Part shown: piece after piece, positions 9,137 through 18,474 of the stretch
Layout: the number at the start of each line of letters is the position of its first letter
How positions within the stretch are numbered: the first letter of the stretch is position 1
NCBI GenBank assembly: GCA_963771355.1
Contig: CAVYTA010000006.1
Location: forward strand, 1,888,001 to 1,952,000
Source: an uncultured Candidatus Rokubacteria bacterium
GTDB lineage: Bacteria; Methylomirabilota; Methylomirabilia; Rokubacteriales; CSP1-6
DNA: 64,000 nt
Reading direction: 5' to 3'
Translations under genes and position numbers: made by a program
The notes under the pieces: generated by a model
Seen by the model: the letters and a program-made list of their open reading frames with translations, nothing else
What the model was told of the DNA's origin: nothing
The model's database searches: none

Positions 9137-10411
9137 TCACACCTCGTTGGCCCACACCTCGGCGGGATCCTGCCGGCGGCGGAGGAGGCGCAAGGTCCCG
9201 TCGGCCTCCAGCATGACCTCGGGCGCCTGCGGGTAGGAGTTGTAGTTGATGGTGGACATCGCCGCGCAGTAAGCTCCCGCCCCGCCCACCACCACGAGGT
9301 CGCCGATGCGCGGCATGGGTACCCAGCGCGGCGCGAGGGCCTCGGGATCGCCGGGGGCCGGGGTGAGGATGTCGCCCGACTCGCAGCAGGGCCCGACGAA
9401 GACCACCTCCGCGGCCGGTCGCGCGGGCGCACCGTCGGGGGCCACCAGCACGTCGATGGGGTGTTGCGCGCCGTAGAGCGACGGGCGCGTGACCTCGGTC
9501 ATCCCGGTGTCGAGCTTGGCGAAACGATAGCCATCGTTGCCCGTGTCCACCACGTCGATGCACGTCGCCACCACCGCGCCCCCGCGCGCCACCAGGAAGG
9601 TGCCGGGCTCGATCTCGAGATGGGGCGTGCGCCCGGTGCGGTCACGGAAGGCCATCAGCTCCCGCCGCACGTGCCCGCCCACGTCGACGAGATCCACCGA
9701 GGGCTCCTCCGGCATCCGGCCCACCTTGAAGCCGCCGCCCAGATTGACGCTCACCACGTCGGGGAGCCGCGCGGCAAGATCGAGGGTCATCCGCGCCACC
9801 CGCTTCCACACCTCGGGATCGGTGCCGGAGCCGATATGCGTGTGCAGGCCGCGGATGGTCACCCGGTGGCGCGCGGCAATGCGCAGCACCTCTTCGAGGT
9901 GCTCGTGCCAGATCCCGAAGGAGGAGCCGGGCCCCCCCGTGTTGGTGCGGTTGGTGGCACCGCTGCCGAGGCCCGGATTCATCCGCACGCTGACCTGACC
10001 CCCGGGCGCGGCGCGTCCGAACTCCTCGAGCTGATGCAGCGAGCAGGCGTTGAAGAGAATGCCCCGCGCGAGGTGGTCGCCGAGCCGCCGCGACGGCATC
10101 TGGGAGGTGAGCTGGATGGCCTCGGGCTTGAAGCCCGCCCGCAGCGCGCGCTCCACCTCGAAATCGCTGGAGGCGTCGAGATGGAGTCCCAGGTCGCGGA
10201 AGATCGCGAGGATGCCCGCGCTGGGATTGGCCTTCATGGCATAGCGCAGGGTGAAGCCGAAGGGGGCGGGGAACGCGAGCGCCTCCCGCGCGGTGGCCTC
10301 CAGCGTGGCGCGATCGTAGACGTAGGACGGGGTGCCGAAACGCTCGCGCACCTCGGCGGCGCGCGCGTGGCTGAGAAAGGGCACCGCGGGCGTCGCGGGG
10401 GTCGGGCTCAT
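9137..10411 (-). CDS. lysA: diaminopimelate decarboxylase
   Basis: YAMKAN PLP lysine, HTHIGS, NLGGG, EPG, GPCCESGD; next to dapA/dapB. Confidence 0.9.
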   Translation of the reverse strand: MSPTPATPAVPFLSHARAAEVRERFGTPSYVYDRATLEATAREALAFPAPFGFTLRYAMKANPSAGILAIFRDLGLHLDASSDFEVERALRAGFKPEAIQLTSQMPSRRLGDHLARGILFNACSLHQLEEFGRAAPGGQVSVRMNPGLGSGATNRTNTGGPGSSFGIWHEHLEEVLRIAARHRVTIRGLHTHIGSGTDPEVWKRVARMTLDLAARLPDVVSVNLGGGFKVGRMPEEPSVDLVDVGGHVRRELMAFRDRTGRTPHLEIEPGTFLVARGGAVVATCIDVVDTGNDGYRFAKLDTGMTEVTRPSLYGAQHPIDVLVAPDGAPARPAAEVVFVGPCCESGDILTPAPGDPEALAPRWVPMPRIGDLVVVGGAGAYCAAMSTINYNSYPQAPEVMLEADGTLRLLRRRQDPAEVWANEV

Positions 10412-10418
10412 GCCGAGG

Positions 10419-10472
10419 ATGATAACTCAAGGGCCGGCTGGCTTGAAGAGCCTCGCCACTTGGTGCTAGAGT
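10419..10472. promoter_or_regulatory. back-to-back promoters for lysA (TTCAAG-17-TATCAT, minus) and dapA (TTGAAG-18-TAGAGT, plus)
   Basis: The -35 hexamers overlap at 10442-10448; the dapA -10 has an extended TG. Confidence 0.55.
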
Positions 10473-10500
10473 CCAACCAGTCCTCGCGGCTGAACGCATG

Positions 10501-10557
10501 GAGTCACGCCGCGAGTCATGCCGAGTGTCATGGCCGAGTGTCATGCCGAGTCTCATG
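10501..10557 (+). repeat. five imperfect tandem copies of GAGT(GT)CATGCC in the dapA leader
   Basis: gagtcacgccgc-gagtcatgcc-gagtgtcatggcc-gagtgtcatgcc-gagtctcatg. Confidence 0.75.
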
Positions 10558-10568
10558 GAGGATCCGCC

Positions 10569-11459
10569 ATGCGTCCCATGTTCCAGGGCTCCATCGTCGC
10601 GCTGGTGACCCCCTTCCGGAACGGCGCCGTGGACGAGACGAAGCTTCGAGACCTTGTCGACTTCCACGCGACCAACGGCACCGACGGCATCGTGCCCTGC
10701 GGCACCACCGGCGAGTCGCCTACCCTCCGACACGACGAGCACAAGCGCGTGGTGGAGATCGTGGTCGAGGCCGCGCACGGCCGGCTGCCCATCATCGCGG
10801 GCACGGGCTCCAACTCGACGGTGGAGGCCATCGATCTCACGCGCCATGCCAAGCGAGCGGGCGCCACCGCTGCCCTCGTGGTCAATCCCTACTACAACAA
10901 GCCCACCCAGGAAGGTCTCTACCGGCACTTCCGCGCCATCGCGGAGTCGGTGGACATTCCGATCATCGTCTACAACATCGCCGGCCGTACCGCGATCAAT
11001 GTGGAAACGGACACCCTGGCGCGGCTCGTCAAGGACTGCCCCGGCATCGTGGGAGTGAAGGAAGCCTCGGGCTCGCTGGACCAGATGACCCAGGTCATCC
11101 TCGCCTGTGGGCCGGATTTCAGCGTGCTGTCCGGTGACGACAACCTCACCCTGCCCCTCATGGCGGTGGGGGGGCGCGGTGTCATCTCCGTCATCGCCAA
11201 CCTGATGCCCAAGGAGACCGCCGAGCTGACGCATGCCGCGCTCAGCGGGGACTGGAAGCTGGCCCGCGATCTCCACCACCGGCTCTACCCGCTGTCCCGG
11301 GCGGCCTTCCTCGAGACCAACCCCATCCCCATCAAGGAAGCGATGGCGATGGTGGGGATGATCGAGCCCGAGTTCCGCTTGCCGATGTGCCGGATGGGTG
11401 ACGCCAACCGCGAGAAGCTGCGGGGCGTGCTGCGCCAGCTGGGCCTTCTCAAGGGCTGA
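10569..11459 (+). CDS. dapA: 4-hydroxy-tetrahydrodipicolinate synthase
   Basis: GTTGES, PYYNKP, YNI, GVKEA; GGAGGA RBS. Confidence 0.97.
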   Translation: MRPMFQGSIVALVTPFRNGAVDETKLRDLVDFHATNGTDGIVPCGTTGESPTLRHDEHKRVVEIVVEAAHGRLPIIAGTGSNSTVEAIDLTRHAKRAGATAALVVNPYYNKPTQEGLYRHFRAIAESVDIPIIVYNIAGRTAINVETDTLARLVKDCPGIVGVKEASGSLDQMTQVILACGPDFSVLSGDDNLTLPLMAVGGRGVISVIANLMPKETAELTHAALSGDWKLARDLHHRLYPLSRAAFLETNPIPIKEAMAMVGMIEPEFRLPMCRMGDANREKLRGVLRQLGLLKG

Positions 11460-11471
11460 CCGGCCGCCGCA

Positions 11472-12275
11472 ATGGCTGACGTGGTCGTCGCCGGCGCTGC
11501 CGGCCGTATGGGGTGCCGTCTCGTCGCCAATCTCCAGGGGGACACGGACCTGCGCCTGTCGGCCGCCCTCGAGGCGCCGGGGCATCCCGCGGTGGGCAAG
11601 GACGCGGGCGAGGTCGCCGGGGTCGGCCGTAGCGGCGTGGCCATCACCGACAAGGCCGAGGGCGCGCTCGGCGCCGACCGGATCCTGATCGAGTTCTCCG
11701 TCCCGGAGGCGACCCTGGCGCATCTCCGCCTGGTGGCGCGTGACGGCGGCCGCGCGGTGATCGGCACCACCGGGCTGTCGCCCGCTCAACGGGAAGAGAT
11801 CGCGGGCCTGGCCCGGCAGGCGCCCATCCTCCTCTCTCCCAACATGAGCGTGGCGGTGAACGTCGCCTTTCACGTGCTGCGGGACATGGCGCGGCTGCTC
11901 GGCGACGAGTTCGATGTGGAGGTCACCGAGATCCACCACCGCTTCAAGAAGGACGCGCCCAGCGGCACCGCGCTGCGGATGGCGGAGGTGGTGGCGGAGG
12001 CGCTGGGGCGCAACCTCGCCGACACCGCGGTGTACGGCCGCCACGGCCTGCCCGGCGAGCGGACGCGCCAGGAGATCGGCATCTTCTCGCTGCGCTCGGG
12101 CGACGTGGTGGGCGACCACACGGTATCCTTCGGCACCCTCGGCGAGCGCCTCGAGCTCACCCATCGCTCGCACAATCGCGACAACTACGCGCGGGGTGCC
12201 CTGCGGGCGGCTCGCTTCATCAGCGGCGCCCGTCCCGGTCTCTATTCCATGCAAGACGTCCTCGGACTCGGCTGA
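11472..12275 (+). CDS. dapB: 4-hydroxy-tetrahydrodipicolinate reductase
   Basis: GAAGRMG, GTTG, EIHHRFKKDAPSGTA. Confidence 0.97.
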   Translation: MADVVVAGAAGRMGCRLVANLQGDTDLRLSAALEAPGHPAVGKDAGEVAGVGRSGVAITDKAEGALGADRILIEFSVPEATLAHLRLVARDGGRAVIGTTGLSPAQREEIAGLARQAPILLSPNMSVAVNVAFHVLRDMARLLGDEFDVEVTEIHHRFKKDAPSGTALRMAEVVAEALGRNLADTAVYGRHGLPGERTRQEIGIFSLRSGDVVGDHTVSFGTLGERLELTHRSHNRDNYARGALRAARFISGARPGLYSMQDVLGLG

Positions 12276-12276
12276 G

Positions 12277-13074
12277 ATGCGCATCGTCCGCTTCAAGACC
12301 GCGGGCAAGGTGCGCTTCGGCGTGGTGGAGGGCACCCACGTCGTCGAGTACGCCGGCACGCCCTTCGGACCGTTCCGTCGCGGGCGCAAGAAGTACCCGC
12401 TCCGGCAGACCGTGCTCCTCGTCCCCGTGGTCCCGTCGAAGATCGTGGCGGTGGGGCTCAACTACCGTGACCACGCGGAGGAGATGCGGCTGCTGATTCC
12501 CACCGAGCCGCGGATCTTCTTCAAGCCGCCCTCCGCGCTGTGCGGCCCGGACGATCCCATCGTCTATCCGGCGTGCTCGGGCCGGGTGGACTTCGAGGCG
12601 GAGCTGGCGGTGGTCATCAAGAAGCGCTGCCGCAACGTGCCGCCGGAGCGCGCCCGCGAGCACGTGCTGGGCTACACCTGCCTCAACGACGTGACCGCCC
12701 GCGATCTCCAGAGCCGCGACGGTCAGCCCAGCCGCGCCAAGGCCTTCGACACCTTCTGCCCGGTGGGCCCGTGCATCGCCACTGACATCGATCCCAACGG
12801 GGTCGAGATCGAGGCCTATCTCAACGGCGAGCGCCGGCAGAGCGGGAACACGAAGAGCTTGATCTTCCCGGTGGAGGATCTCATCGCCCGCATCTCCGCC
12901 GTGATGACCCTCCTGCCCGGGGACCTCATCGCCACCGGCACCCCTGCCGGGGTGGGCTCCCTCCAGCCCGGGGACAAGATCGAGGTCCGTATCGAGGGGA
13001 TCGGCAGCCTGGCCAACCCCGTCATCCGGCTCTCTCCGAGATCCGGGCCTGAGAGACCTCCCGCTGGCCTCTGA
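12277..13074 (+). CDS. fumarylacetoacetate hydrolase family protein
   Basis: KIVAVGLNY, FEAEL, NDVTARD, KAFDTF, TGTPAGVG. Confidence 0.92.
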   Translation: MRIVRFKTAGKVRFGVVEGTHVVEYAGTPFGPFRRGRKKYPLRQTVLLVPVVPSKIVAVGLNYRDHAEEMRLLIPTEPRIFFKPPSALCGPDDPIVYPACSGRVDFEAELAVVIKKRCRNVPPERAREHVLGYTCLNDVTARDLQSRDGQPSRAKAFDTFCPVGPCIATDIDPNGVEIEAYLNGERRQSGNTKSLIFPVEDLIARISAVMTLLPGDLIATGTPAGVGSLQPGDKIEVRIEGIGSLANPVIRLSPRSGPERPPAGL

Positions 13075-13426
13075 TAAGATATTCCTCGAGGACATCCGGT
13101 TTTACGGGCACCATGGTGTCACCCGCGCCCAGCAGACCGTGGGCGCCTGGTTCTCGGTGGACGTGGAGCTGTCGGTGGACGTGGGGCCCGCCGCGGCCTC
13201 CGACGACGTCCGGGCCACGGTGGACTACGGGCTGGTCGCCGCCCAGGTCGTGGAGATGTGCACCAAGCAACGGGTGAACCTCCTGGAGCGGCTGGCGGTG
13301 GGGGTGGCGGGGATGCTGCTCGCCGAGTTCCCCTGCTCCGAGGTCCGGGTGCGGGTCCGGAAGCTGACGCCGCCGATGGAAGGGCTGCACGCGACACCAG
13401 GGGTCGAGGTGACGCGGCGGCGCTGA
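13064..13426 (+). CDS. folB: dihydroneopterin aldolase, probable CTG start
   Basis: DKIFLEDIRFYGHHGV lies in frame upstream of the first GTG; TVDY, LLERLA, VRK motifs; precedes folK. Confidence 0.85.
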   Translation: MASDKIFLEDIRFYGHHGVTRAQQTVGAWFSVDVELSVDVGPAAASDDVRATVDYGLVAAQVVEMCTKQRVNLLERLAVGVAGMLLAEFPCSEVRVRVRKLTPPMEGLHATPGVEVTRRR

Positions 13427-13428
13427 CA

Positions 13429-13977
13429 ATGCCGAGAGTATTCCTGAGCGTCGGGTCCAACATGGGTGATCGCGTGCAGTGCATGCGCGATGCGGTGGCG
13501 CGCCTGCGCGCGCTGCACGACGTGGTCTTCGTGGACGCCTCACCCCTCTATCAGACCGAGCCGTGGGAGCAGCGACCCGGCGAGGTCCCCGATCCCGACG
13601 CGTGGTTCTTCAACTGTGTGGTGGCGATCGACACCACCCTGCCCGCCCGCGATCTGCTCGCGGAGCTCCAGGCCATCGAGGCCGCGCTCGGTCGCGTGCG
13701 GGGGACGGGGACCCAGGAGAGCCAGCGCTACGATCCGCGGCCGCTCGACATCGACATCCTGCTCTACGGCCACGAGGTCATCGCCGCGTCCGACGCCCTC
13801 CACGTCCCGCATCTCCTGATGCACGAGCGCGGCTTCGTGCTGCGCCCCCTGGCGGACCTGGCGCCGGACTTCGAGCATCCCATCCTCTACCAGACCATCC
13901 GGGAGCTGGTGGCCGCGCTGGAAGACGAACACGAGGTTCGCCCGTCCGATCTGCCCCGGCGCTGGTTCGAGCGGTGA
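13429..13977 (+). CDS. folK: 2-amino-4-hydroxy-6-hydroxymethyldihydropteridine pyrophosphokinase
   Basis: VGSNMGD, SPLYQTEP, PRPLDIDILL, PH...ERGFVLRPL. Confidence 0.95.
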   Translation: MPRVFLSVGSNMGDRVQCMRDAVARLRALHDVVFVDASPLYQTEPWEQRPGEVPDPDAWFFNCVVAIDTTLPARDLLAELQAIEAALGRVRGTGTQESQRYDPRPLDIDILLYGHEVIAASDALHVPHLLMHERGFVLRPLADLAPDFEHPILYQTIRELVAALEDEHEVRPSDLPRRWFER

Positions 13978-14495
13978 GCGACGAGGAGTTCCGGCGGCAG
14001 GCCCTCACCCACCTCGATGCCCTCCACAACCTCGCCGTCTACCTGACCCGGAACGGCTCGGAAGCGGAGGATCTGGTCCAGGAAACCTATGTCCGGGCCA
14101 TGCGTTTCTCCCATCGCTTCCAGCCGGGAACCCATCTCCGCGCCTGGTTGTTCCAGATCCTGAGGAACACCTTCCTCACGTTTTACCGGCTTCGGGAGCG
14201 CGAACCGGCGCTTTCCGAGGACGGGGTACCGGCGGGCGGGGCGCCAATGTTCCATGACGCCCCGGACCAGGATGGGGCGAGCACGGAGGTCCTCACGGAC
14301 CTGGACCGGGCACTGTCCCGACTCCCGGAGGAGTTCAAGACCCCGCTCCTGCTCGCCGAAGTGGAAGGACTGCCTCTGGACGAGGTCGCGCAGATCATGG
14401 ATTGCCCGGTGGGAACGGTGAAGTCGCGCATCTTCCGGGCGAAGGAGCGGTTACGCGACTATCTCAAGGACTACGGACAGGATTTCAGGAGCTGA
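13974..14495 (+). CDS. ECF sigma-70 family RNA polymerase sigma factor
   Basis: EAEDLVQETY, AWLFQILRN, GTVKSRIFRA; GTGA overlap with folK. Confidence 0.93.
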   Translation: MSDEEFRRQALTHLDALHNLAVYLTRNGSEAEDLVQETYVRAMRFSHRFQPGTHLRAWLFQILRNTFLTFYRLREREPALSEDGVPAGGAPMFHDAPDQDGASTEVLTDLDRALSRLPEEFKTPLLLAEVEGLPLDEVAQIMDCPVGTVKSRIFRAKERLRDYLKDYGQDFRS

Positions 14496-14505
14496 GCGGA
14501 CCGAC

Positions 14506-15234
14506 ATGGCACGAGATCCCGGGGAGGACCAGCCGATAGGTGACGATCGGCTGGTGGATCGCGCCCTGCGCGAGCGGCTGGGGCGCTACCCGGCCTCTCC
14601 CCGTCTGCGCGCCTCCCTCCTGCGCGCGCTCGAGGCGGAGGCCGCGCCGCCCCGCTGGGGCGCGAAATGGCTGGCGCCCGCGGTTTCCGCCCTGGCCACC
14701 GCGGTGGTGATGCTCCTCTGGATTGCGGGCGGGCTGCCCACCGCGGTGCCCGGGGATCCCCTGCGCGATCTCACCCGTGCGGTGGTCACGGAGCACGCGC
14801 GCACCCTGTCCTGGACCGATGCCCAGCCCGACGTGGTGCCCGCCACCCTGCCCCGGGTAATGGACGAGAGCGGCATCATCCTCAACCTCGTCTTCACCGG
14901 CGACAGCGACCTCCGGCTGGTCAATGCCCATCCGACCTATGTGGAGGGACACCGCGGCCTCTCCCTCGCCTATCAGGACACGCGTGGGCACGGGGTGACC
15001 TACGTCATCTTCCCCGGCGCGGTCACGGTGGCGCTGCCGGAGCAAGAACGGGTCAAGATCGAGACCTGGCGCCCGGTGGTGCGCAAGGAAAGCGGCTTCA
15101 GCCTGATCATGTGGAAGCAGCAGGGGCTCTTCTGCGTGCTCGTCGCGGATCTCGTCTCCGACGACGATCTCGCCCGCCTCAAACAGTACTTCGTGAAGGT
15201 TCGCTCGGCGACGGATCTCTACCAGCGCTACTAG
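14506..15234 (+). CDS. putative transmembrane anti-sigma factor
   Basis: Directly follows the ECF sigma; short cytoplasmic N-terminus, one TM, extracytoplasmic domain. Confidence 0.7.
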   Translation: MARDPGEDQPIGDDRLVDRALRERLGRYPASPRLRASLLRALEAEAAPPRWGAKWLAPAVSALATAVVMLLWIAGGLPTAVPGDPLRDLTRAVVTEHARTLSWTDAQPDVVPATLPRVMDESGIILNLVFTGDSDLRLVNAHPTYVEGHRGLSLAYQDTRGHGVTYVIFPGAVTVALPEQERVKIETWRPVVRKESGFSLIMWKQQGLFCVLVADLVSDDDLARLKQYFVKVRSATDLYQRY

Positions 15235-15953
15235 CCCGCCGTTCCGTGCCCGCCCCGGTCCGCTCGACCGTGAAGGGCAGGGCCATGATGGCCCAGAGCA
15301 CCATGACCACCTCGGAGTCGCCGAAGTTGTACTCCGCCAGCCCGCCACCACGAAGCCCGTCACCGCGGCGAGGCAGCCCACCACCAGGTCGCGCTCGGCC
15401 TCATGTCCCGGGGGGAAGCCGCCGGAGGATCGCGCCCGCGCGCGCGTAGAACGCCACCCAGATCCACAGCCACGCGGCGAGGCCGATCAGCCCGCGCTCG
15501 ACGAGGATCTGGAGCGGCGTGTTGTGCACGTGGCCGGTGCGCTTCTTGAATGCCTCCGGGACAGGCCGCCACCTGCAGCAGGCCGGTCGCGGCGGCGACC
15601 GTGGTCACCAGCGCGAGCACCCCCAGCCATCGCCGGGCCTCCCCGGGTCCGCGCAGCAGACCCGCGGTCACCCAGGCGGTGAGCACGAGGACGATGTCCT
15701 TCGACGCGACCAGGCTCGTGAGCGGCGTCTCCGAGGCCAGCGCCGAAGCCAGCGTGGCCGCGGTGAAGGCGAGGAGCGGCCCCTGGAGCGGCAGGACGCC
15801 AGCGGCGCGGCGGACGGGATCCTGCCGGGCCCGCAGCAGCCAGAGGAGCACGAGCGCGGTGAGGCTGACCTGCGCGAGCGAGATGGAGGTGCCGAGCCCG
15901 ACCGCGAACAGGACGAGCAAACTGCGGCGGAGCCGCTCCGCGTCAGTAGGCGT
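15231..15953 (-). pseudogene. O-antigen ligase/polymerase (WaaL/Wzy_C) family, internally deleted and frameshifted
   Basis: N-terminal TM helices in one frame, HVHNTPLQILVERGLIG motif in a second, EYNFGDSEV tail in a third; boundaries approximate. Confidence 0.75.
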
Positions 15954-17340
15954 TCCGGTCGAAGAGCACCCGGGCGACGGTGGTGGCGATGATCCTGAGG
16001 TCGAGCCAGAAGGACCAGCGCTCGATGTACTCGATGTCGAACTGGATCCGCTTCTCGAGCGAGGTGTTCCCGCGCAGACCGTGGATCTGGGCCCAGCCGG
16101 TGAGACCGGACCGGACCTTGTGGCGCAGCATGTAGCCGGGCACCGTCTGGCGGAACCGCTCGACGAAGACCGGCCGCTCCGGGCGCGGGCCCACCACGCT
16201 CATCTCGCCCCGCAGCACGTTGACGAACTGGGGGAGCTCGTCGAGGCTGAACCGTCGGAGAAAGGGGCCGATGGGCGTCCGCCGCGCGTCGCCCTCGTGC
16301 GCCCACACCGGTCCGGAGGCGGCCTCGGCATCAACGGCCATCGTGCGGAACTTGAGCATCCGGAAGCTCTGCCCATCCAGCCCCATGCGGTCCTGATGGT
16401 AGAGCACGGGCCCCGGGGAGGTGAGCCGCACCGCCGCCGCGAGCACCGCGAGCAGCGGCGACAGCGCCACCAGCACGGTGGCGGAGAAGGCCACGTCGAA
16501 GACCCGCTTGGCCACCGCGTTCCACCCGTGGAGCGGCGACTCCCGGAGATGGATGAAGGGGATGCCCTCGAACTCCTCCACGCCGCCCCGCAGCGTGGTG
16601 AACCGGAAGAGGTCGGGCACCACGTGGATGGTGACCGGCTCGTCGCCGATGGCATCGAGCAGGCCCGGCAGCCGGCTCGCGTCCTCATGGGCCAGCGCGA
16701 GGATCACGTGATCCACCGGACGGGCCGCCAGCACCGCGGAGAGGTCCGCGTACGCGCCCAGCCACGGCACGCCGCCCGCCCCTTCCTTGGCGTCGCCCAC
16801 CACTCCCACCACCTGGATGCCGGTATCGGGCCGCCCCCGCAGCCGCTCGATCACCTGCTGGGCCAGCTCGCCCGACCCCACCACCAGGCCGTAGCGCTGG
16901 TTGTAGCCGCCTCGGCGCGCGACGCGCAGCCCCTCGCGGAACACGTTGCGGGCGAAGGAGACGGCGGCGATGGAGAAGAGCCAGAAGTAGACGATGACCA
17001 CGCGCGAGTAGTCGTACTCGCGGAAGAGGAAGGTCATGATGGTAACCAGGACGAGGGCGGCCAGCGAGGAAGCCTTCGCCACGTCCGCGACCTCGGACAG
17101 CCGCGAGCCGATGCGCCGCGGCCGGTAGAGGTCGAAGGCCCGGAAGGAGATCCCCCACACGACCACGATGGGCACGATCATGATGAGGTAGGGACCGAGC
17201 GGGGGAACCTCCGGGGTGGGGCGCGGAGGACCGAAGAGGTAGAAGCGCGCCACGTAGGCCAGCAGCCAGCAGCCCACCACGAGGATGAGATCTCCCGCCA
17301 GCATGAGATGCTCGAGGACACGCGAGTAGCCCTTCAGCAC
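15943..17340 (-). CDS. wcaJ: undecaprenyl-phosphate glucose phosphotransferase (WcaJ/GumD-like)
   Basis: KRVFD, KFRTM, SLDELPQ, VGPRPER, GLTGWAQ, C-terminal NAY. Confidence 0.92.
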   Translation of the reverse strand: MLKGYSRVLEHLMLAGDLILVVGCWLLAYVARFYLFGPPRPTPEVPPLGPYLIMIVPIVVVWGISFRAFDLYRPRRIGSRLSEVADVAKASSLAALVLVTIMTFLFREYDYSRVVIVYFWLFSIAAVSFARNVFREGLRVARRGGYNQRYGLVVGSGELAQQVIERLRGRPDTGIQVVGVVGDAKEGAGGVPWLGAYADLSAVLAARPVDHVILALAHEDASRLPGLLDAIGDEPVTIHVVPDLFRFTTLRGGVEEFEGIPFIHLRESPLHGWNAVAKRVFDVAFSATVLVALSPLLAVLAAAVRLTSPGPVLYHQDRMGLDGQSFRMLKFRTMAVDAEAASGPVWAHEGDARRTPIGPFLRRFSLDELPQFVNVLRGEMSVVGPRPERPVFVERFRQTVPGYMLRHKVRSGLTGWAQIHGLRGNTSLEKRIQFDIEYIERWSFWLDLRIIATTVARVLFDRNAY

Positions 17341-18452
17341 GCGCGCGCCCTCGCCAGCACCGCCGCCAGATAGCCGGCCATGCGCTCCTTGAAGATCGGC
17401 CGGTCGAATTGCTCGGCGTGGCGACGCAGGGTCTTGGGCTCGAAGACGGTGGCACCGGACTCGAAGCGCCGCACCGCCTCCGCCAGGTCGTCCGCGGTCT
17501 GGCGGGCGAAGAAGAGCCCGGTAGGCGGCTCTGGTCCCCCCGGCGGCACCACCGTCTCCAGCGCGCCCCCCTGCCCCAGCGCGATGACGGGACGACCGGC
17601 CGCCATGGCTTCCAGCGGCGTGATGCCGAAATCCTCCACGGTGGGGAACAGGAGCGCGCGGCAGCGCGCGTAGAGCTCTGCCACCTGGGCGTCGTCCTTC
17701 CAGCCGAGGAACTGCACGGTGGGGCCGGCCCGCGCCCGCAGGCGCGCCTCTTCCGGTCCCGTGCCCACCACCACCAGGCGGCGGCCCAGCCGGCTCGCCG
17801 CCTCCACCACGAGATCGACCCGCTTGTACGGAGCGAGGGCCGAGACCACCAAGTAGAAATCCTCGGGTCGTTCCTCGATCCGGAAGCGCGCCACGTCCAC
17901 CGGCGGGTAGATCACGTCGGCCGCGCGGCCATAGCAGCGCCGGATACGGTCGGCGATGAAACGCGAGATCCCCACGAAGTGATGCACCCCGGCGGCGGTG
18001 CGCCGGTCCCAGCGGCGGAGGGCGGCGGCGACTCCCGGCATGAGCAGCCGGGTGAGAGGGCCCGCGCGCGCGCCGAAGTAGTCGTCATACAGGTCCCACA
18101 CATAGCGCATGGGGGTGAAGCAGTAGCAGACGTGCAGCGCGCCTGGCGGAACCCGCACTCCCTTGGCCACCGCATGGCTGGAGGAGAGGATGAGGTCGTA
18201 TCCGGACAGGTCGAAGCGACGGATGGCGGCGGGAAAGAGCGGGAGATAGGAGCGATACCGGCGCTCCGCGTCGGGCAGCCGCTGGACGAAGGAGGTGATG
18301 ATCCGCCGCCCCTCGATCACCGGGGAGACCGAGCCCCGCACGTGGAGGAGGGTGTAGAGATCGGCGTCGGGAAAGAGCTCACAGAACACCTCGAGGCAGC
18401 GCTCGCCGCCCCGCATCCCGGTGAGCCAGTCGTGGACGAGCGCGACTCTCAC
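17334..18452 (-). CDS. GT4 glycosyltransferase (mannosyltransferase-like)
   Basis: VHDWLTGMRGGE; EDFGITPLEAMAAG (Ex7E). Confidence 0.9.
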   Translation of the reverse strand: MRVALVHDWLTGMRGGERCLEVFCELFPDADLYTLLHVRGSVSPVIEGRRIITSFVQRLPDAERRYRSYLPLFPAAIRRFDLSGYDLILSSSHAVAKGVRVPPGALHVCYCFTPMRYVWDLYDDYFGARAGPLTRLLMPGVAAALRRWDRRTAAGVHHFVGISRFIADRIRRCYGRAADVIYPPVDVARFRIEERPEDFYLVVSALAPYKRVDLVVEAASRLGRRLVVVGTGPEEARLRARAGPTVQFLGWKDDAQVAELYARCRALLFPTVEDFGITPLEAMAAGRPVIALGQGGALETVVPPGGPEPPTGLFFARQTADDLAEAVRRFESGATVFEPKTLRRHAEQFDRPIFKERMAGYLAAVLARARAC

Positions 18453-18474
18453 GTGCGCGTCACCGCCCGACCGC

